Source: Eledone cirrhosa
Lineage: Eukaryota
DNA length: 64,000 bases
Direction of reading: 5' to 3'
NCBI GenBank assembly: GCA_964016885.1
Contig: OZ024742.1
Span: 200,446,001-200,510,000 of the forward strand
Part shown: positions 58,775-64,000 of the stretch, piece by piece
How positions within the stretch are numbered: the first letter of the stretch is position 1
How the letters are laid out: every line of letters starts with the position of its first letter
The notes under the pieces: generated by a model
What the model was told of the DNA's origin: nothing
The model's input: only the letters and a program-made list of their open reading frames with translations
Databases searched by the model: none
Translations under genes and position numbers: made by a program

Positions 58775-59441
58775 TATATATATATATACATATATGTATA
58801 CAGACGTACAGTAGTATGTATATATATACATACATGTACACATATATATATGTACGTATGGATTTACCGAACATTTATTATAATGCTCGGCTTGATTGGT
58901 AACATACAGCCCGAATTACGCCGTACAGTGTTTCGCAACCATCGTTGCCCTTTATGTTACTACTTATATTTAAGTACTGCCGTACTAAGAATGAGAAATG
59001 AAATTTCGTTTCATTTTTTCCATTTATCGTTTTGGGTGCGCCCGGCCGATTAACTCACTCGATATGCAAATTAGGCTGCTCAGCCGTTAATATGCATAAG
59101 GAAAGTATATACTTTCAGACGTTCAATCATCTGACAGGAAGGTATACGGTGCTGACGATAGCTAATAAGCTTGAAACTAGTACATCGTTCCTTTGTCAGT
59201 GTTGAACAAATGAGCAACGATGGTTGCTAGACACTACGGCTTAATACGGGATGTTTGTTTACAAACACACCGAGCATTATAATAAATGTTCGGTAAATCC
59301 ATACGTACATATATATATGTGTGCATGTATATATATACATACTACTCTACGTCTGTATACATATATGTATGTACGTATACATACTTATATTTAAGTAACA
59401 GCCGTACTAAGAGTGAGAAATGAAATCTCGTTTCATTTTTT

Positions 59442-59445
<4 letters not shown>
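58775..59445 (+). mobile_element. Fold-back PLE mini-element with hammerhead
   Basis: About 58785-58960 is inverted against about 59210-59370. The tail occurs at both 58968-59025 and 59382-59445. Confidence 0.78.
59147..59187 (+). ncRNA. Minimal hammerhead ribozyme, intact
   Basis: cggtg-CTGACGA-t-agct aata agct-t-GAAA-CTAG-TA-catcg. Confidence 0.85.
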
Positions 59446-59489
<44 letters not shown>

Positions 59490-59492
<3 letters not shown>

Positions 59493-60044
59493 TGTATGTG
59501 TAGTATATTTGGCAATGAACCGTATGTTTAATTTAAAAACATTTTGAAGACCATTCACTATCAGTTTTAAAGTAGTGACTATGTCACTTACTTCTTTCCG
59601 GCGAGAGAAGAGAGAGAAGTTAATAGTCTATTTCACGGTGTTTGGCGATCATCAGAGCCACGCGCCCCCTGCTTCCGCCCAAAATTATAGAAGCTGGATT
59701 CTTATAGAATTCCAGTAATAATCAGGAGCTGATTATACAGAGGGATTGCCGGCCCAGCAAAAAATAGGTATTAGGATTGGTGCTCTGAAAGAGCGATGTA
59801 TACATGAATGTATGTATAGTTGGCAATATATCGTATGTTTAATTCAAAACATTTAGAAGACCATACGCTATCGGTTTTAAAGTAGTGACTATGTCACTTA
59901 CTTCTTTTCGGCGAAATGTTTTTAATTAAACATACATTATATTGGCAAATATACTATACATACATTCAAGTATAAATCCCTATTTCAGAGAACCATCCTA
60001 ATATCTAATTTTTGGTGGGCCAGAAATCGTTCAGAGCACCAATC

Positions 60045-60047
<3 letters not shown>
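59490..60047. mobile_element. (TA)n-flanked repeat family in partial-tandem plus inverted arrangement
   Basis: Direct copies at 59490-59602 and 59770-59912 (also 57403-57551). Inverted copies at 59915-60047. Confidence 0.65.
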
Positions 60048-60100
<53 letters not shown>

Positions 60101-60279
60101 TTTTATTAAGGGTAGATAGTGAGTCTACTCTGTAGTTTCGCCTCTTTATCACAGGGTTATGAAACAAGACAAGCGAAACACTAGTGTAACAAGACCCACT
60201 ATTGAGCCTCCTTAATAAAATGAATACTAAAATTCTACTTCGGTACTGAGCACACTTTTCTGTCAATCGCCAACCACAT

Positions 60280-60320
<41 letters not shown>

Positions 60321-60380
60321 TAACAGATTAAAGTTTAAGCAAAGAATCTTTGGATTTTAGTCTTCAAATTTATTATTATT

Positions 60381-60412
<32 letters not shown>

Positions 60413-60413
60413 C

Positions 60414-60498
<85 letters not shown>

Positions 60499-61120
60499 TA
60501 AAATGTTACAGTAGCGTGAGAGAGAATAGAGTGAAGAAGCGTTATAGAAAGAGACGATACAGATAATTAATTGCCATAAGCAGGTGCATTCGTGCTCGAT
60601 GTTTGTGCAAACAGGGTTAGAAGCGTTAATATTTAGTATGCGAATTTAAGCAGAGCAATTATAATCGAAGAAATTGATGAAAGAGAAGCAAGCCGTTAAA
60701 ATATATTTATAAGAAACTCTTACACATGTTACGCCCAAGTTGGGATCCTCAGAGGCATACAAGGAAATAAAGGATTTAATAAAGAACCCTGAATGGGTGT
60801 GAGTACGATTTTAACATCGAAATTCATATCTCGGTGTTACAAGCTAAAATAAAATTGACTAAGAAATTATACATACTGTTTCATTTGCCGAGGCAGTATG
60901 CTGAATAAAAAGCCACGTTGTGTAATAGAAATATTACATGATAAAAAATCTTTTAACATATTAGGACTATGTGTCAGGCATATAATACTACTAGAAATAG
61001 CAGCCAAAAGACCGTATGGTACAACCCTACAAATTAAAGAGTGGTTTAATATTAAATAAAAGTTAATTAGTCCGTAATATATATATGGAGATAAATAAAT
61101 AAATATATATGTATATAGTG

Positions 61121-61305
61121 AAGGCGCGTGGCTGAGTGGCTAGAGAATTGGATTCGCAATCGTGAGGTTGTGAGTTCGATTCCCGGATCGGGCGATGCGT
61201 TATGTCTTTCTACCTGGAGTTGTGACCGATGGATAGTATTAGCAATTGGAAATACCAATGGAAACATTGTTTCCTCGGTCCGATTTGACGAAAGTCGATC
61301 GACTG

Positions 61306-61308
<3 letters not shown>
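61121..61308 (+). mobile_element. SINE family 3
   Basis: Homology to 9073-9290, with an internal deletion. Confidence 0.8.
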
Positions 61309-61342
<34 letters not shown>

Positions 61343-62508
61343 GTGTGTGTGTGAGGAATGTATCATTGTCATCGTTAACCATATGAAAAATGAGATGATA
61401 AATCTAGAATTATAGGATTAATACTCAATGATGACAGACATTTTCTTAATTCACGGAAGCTTAAACAACTTGCAGAAACCACGTGTATGTGTATGTGGGC
61501 GCGCGCTCGCGGGTGTGTGTGTTTATATATACCGTCTATACTCTAATATAATCCGATTCCTATTTTATGTCTGAGAAATAGGGAAAAATTCAAAGCGCGT
61601 TTGTGAGCCTAGGCAACTAGTCAATACAGGACGGGGTTTTGAAATTCTAATGAGTATAAGATTATTGATGACGTTTTCATATTTTGATGTTTAAAATGTT
61701 TTAAGTGCCGTTTAGAATATAGTTTTTGTTCCACAACTCCATTAGATAATGAGTTTCTATTGTGTTAAGTTTCAACAAGTTTCTCAAATTTTTATTTACT
61801 TCCGGCCACTCAGATTCTAAGAGTACTTCGAAAGCAAAAGATTGAATAAGAGAACTTTGTATAGGGATTCATGGAGTAGATGAGGGAGGGAGAAACAGCA
61901 AGTTATAGAGGAGAGGCAGAGCAAGAAAAAGGGAGGGCGAAAGCGGGGATGGAGAGAGTGTGCAAGAGTGGAAGAGTGAGAGCAATCAAATCAAATCAAT
62001 TGCAAGACTGATGAAAACATATTGTCAGAGAAAAAGGTGTATGTATGTGCACATGTGCATGCGTGTACATGTGCGCTTGTTCGTGAATGTATGTGTATGG
62101 ATATAATGTAGAAAAAAAAAATGATTCATTGTAAAATAACCACTTGAAATATTTTAGCATCTTATTTACGGAGAATTTAAAGTTGGTGAAATTCGACAAA
62201 ACATTGACCACGAATATAAATCCTGCCCACCCATTTTTCCATCTATTTTTTGGTCAGATATTCATCGGCTTATATTCCAGTATATACAGTATATATATTA
62301 AAACACTCACACACACACATATATATATATGAAGACTAAAATCCGAAGAGTGCTCGGTAAGGATTATATATATATATATAATAAACCGTACAAAAATATA
62401 TATTATAAGTAAAGATTAAAGTTTAAGCAAAGAATCGCTGCTTTCACTCTTTTAACTTCCCGTAAAAGGATGAAAGTTGCGATTCTTTGCTTACACTTTA
62501 ATCTGTAC

Positions 62509-62561
<53 letters not shown>

Positions 62562-62564
<3 letters not shown>

Positions 62565-62825
62565 TGGTAACACAACAGTTAGTTCACCATACAGAGAACA
62601 ACGGTCCTCCGCAGAAACGGTCATTTCACCCAGGGTCAAGTGACCGACTGTTTCTGCGCAGGCGCGTTCATACGGTTGTCCTTCCAGTTCCGTATAACCA
62701 TGTCCATTACGAGCTGAGGATCCGCTAAGGTGAAACAATTTTTCTCGGTATGGTGAACTAACTGTTGTGTTACCATTTCCACCTAAATCGTCGCATGGAC
62801 TGAGTTTTATACCACTACGGATATC
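62562..62825 (+). mobile_element. Family L fold-back with hammerhead (62710-62747)
   Basis: cgag-CTGAGGA-tccgctaaggt-GAAA-C-AATT-(t)TT-ctcg. The opposite arm preserves GTT, which suggests a GUU site in the consensus. Confidence 0.72.
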
Positions 62826-62847
62826 TCTCTCTCTCTCTCTCTCGCTC

Positions 62848-63005
<158 letters not shown>

Positions 63006-63095
63006 GTCAATACTCATCTTTTTCCATTTATCTGAGGGTTCTAAACCCCGTTATCAAGCTAAAATTCCTTTAGTTAAAAATACGGTGAAAGCTAT

Positions 63096-63129
<34 letters not shown>

Positions 63130-63130
<1 letters not shown>

Positions 63131-64000
63131 GTAGGCATATACCTCATAAATATATTAACAGACGAGATCCCCTCCTTGGGCGGTGGCTTATACCGTGACG
63201 ATGCCCTACTAATGACCCGTGGACTCAATAATATCCAATTAGATAGACTACACAAACGACTTAGGTACATATTTAAGACCCAAGGATTAGCGGTATAAAT
63301 TGAACCTAACAATAGGACAGTAAACTTTTTAGATGTCACACTAGAATTAGACTCAGGCCTCTACCGTCCATACCACACACCTAATGAAAATCTCAAATAC
63401 GTCAACAGACACTCCAACCACCCTAGGAGCATAATTAACTCAATAGTTAAAAGCGTCTCCAATAGAGTGTCCACCCTATCGGCTAATAGAAATATCTCCG
63501 CACTTCTAAACGATGGTTACATTGAGGTTTCTTACATCGACCCAAATAGAACCGTAACGCCGCCAAACATAACCGGACCCTTAGAAACGAACATAGAAGA
63601 GGTCACCACACCTAGAACAAATAATAACATAAGACCCTCTGTAGCCGGCACGGCAACCAGCGTCACACACAACTGTCAAGGAGATAAAGCCATACTCTCC
63701 AACACCAATAAGGACTCCGACTATCGCACTCGTTTGCGTAGCAATAGAGACAAAAGACATAACGCCAATAGATTACTTGGAACCCCTATGACACATACGC
63801 CTGACTAAAACGCACCCAAACTACCACCCAACCACAAAAACCTCACTAAACACCGCAGAATCCGAAGTAGACCTGTCACATGGTACAACGCCCCGTATTC
63901 TATACAGGTCGCCACCAATATACGGGGAACCTTCTTCAGGGCTCTCAAACAATCTTTTCCACGCACACATAAATACCACAAGCTCTTCAATAGACACACT
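63130..64000 (+). mobile_element. 5'-truncated Naiad/Chlamys-type PLE RT region (runs off the window)
   Basis: VGIYLI...GLYRDDAL, VNFLDVTL.L..G.Y.PY..PN....YVN..SNHP.SII..I...V..R.S.LS and VTWYNAPYS..V.TNI...F......FP..HK.HKLFNR.T. There is an in-frame TAA near 63297 and a frameshift. Confidence 0.8.

Noticed and set aside
60715-60760. Hammerhead-like CTGAGGA-tccc...ggg-c-GTAA on the minus strand
   Set aside because: GAAA is mutated and stem I is poor. At best it is a decayed remnant.
61534-61900. Possible second Helitron 5' end (TCTATACT..AATATAA)
   Set aside because: No matching 3' hairpin or CTRR end was identified.
63130-64000. Selenocysteine recoding in the Naiad-type element
   Set aside because: The visible in-frame stop in the RT is TAA, not TGA, and the 3' region where a SECIS would lie is outside the window.

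Overview
This is AT-rich, microsatellite-saturated eukaryotic DNA with no supportable host gene. It is most likely coleoid cephalopod (Octopus-like); I infer this from the SINE types and repeat landscape. Most ORF-track entries are translations of (TA)n, (CA)n and (TACA)n repeats. The real content is a dense set of retroelements. (1) Decayed coding fragments of five different Penelope-like element (PLE) lineages. (2) About 25 short non-coding PLE-derived inserts in (TA)n tracts, most of them fold-back palindromes. They carry minimal type-I hammerhead ribozymes with family-specific palindromic loop-III sequences, and many share an ACTCC...GAGTGCT 3' tail hairpin. (3) An R4/Dong-like element and RTE-derived elements in (TACA)n. 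(4) Tx1-like fragments next to (GATA)n. (5) About 25 tRNA-derived SINE copies, a non-autonomous Helitron, a MITE and a truncated tRNA-Glu copy. The best candidate for an under-described system is the set of (TA)n-targeted fold-back hammerhead mini-elements. All calls were made by eye, so boundaries are approximate and clade names rest on remembered motifs.
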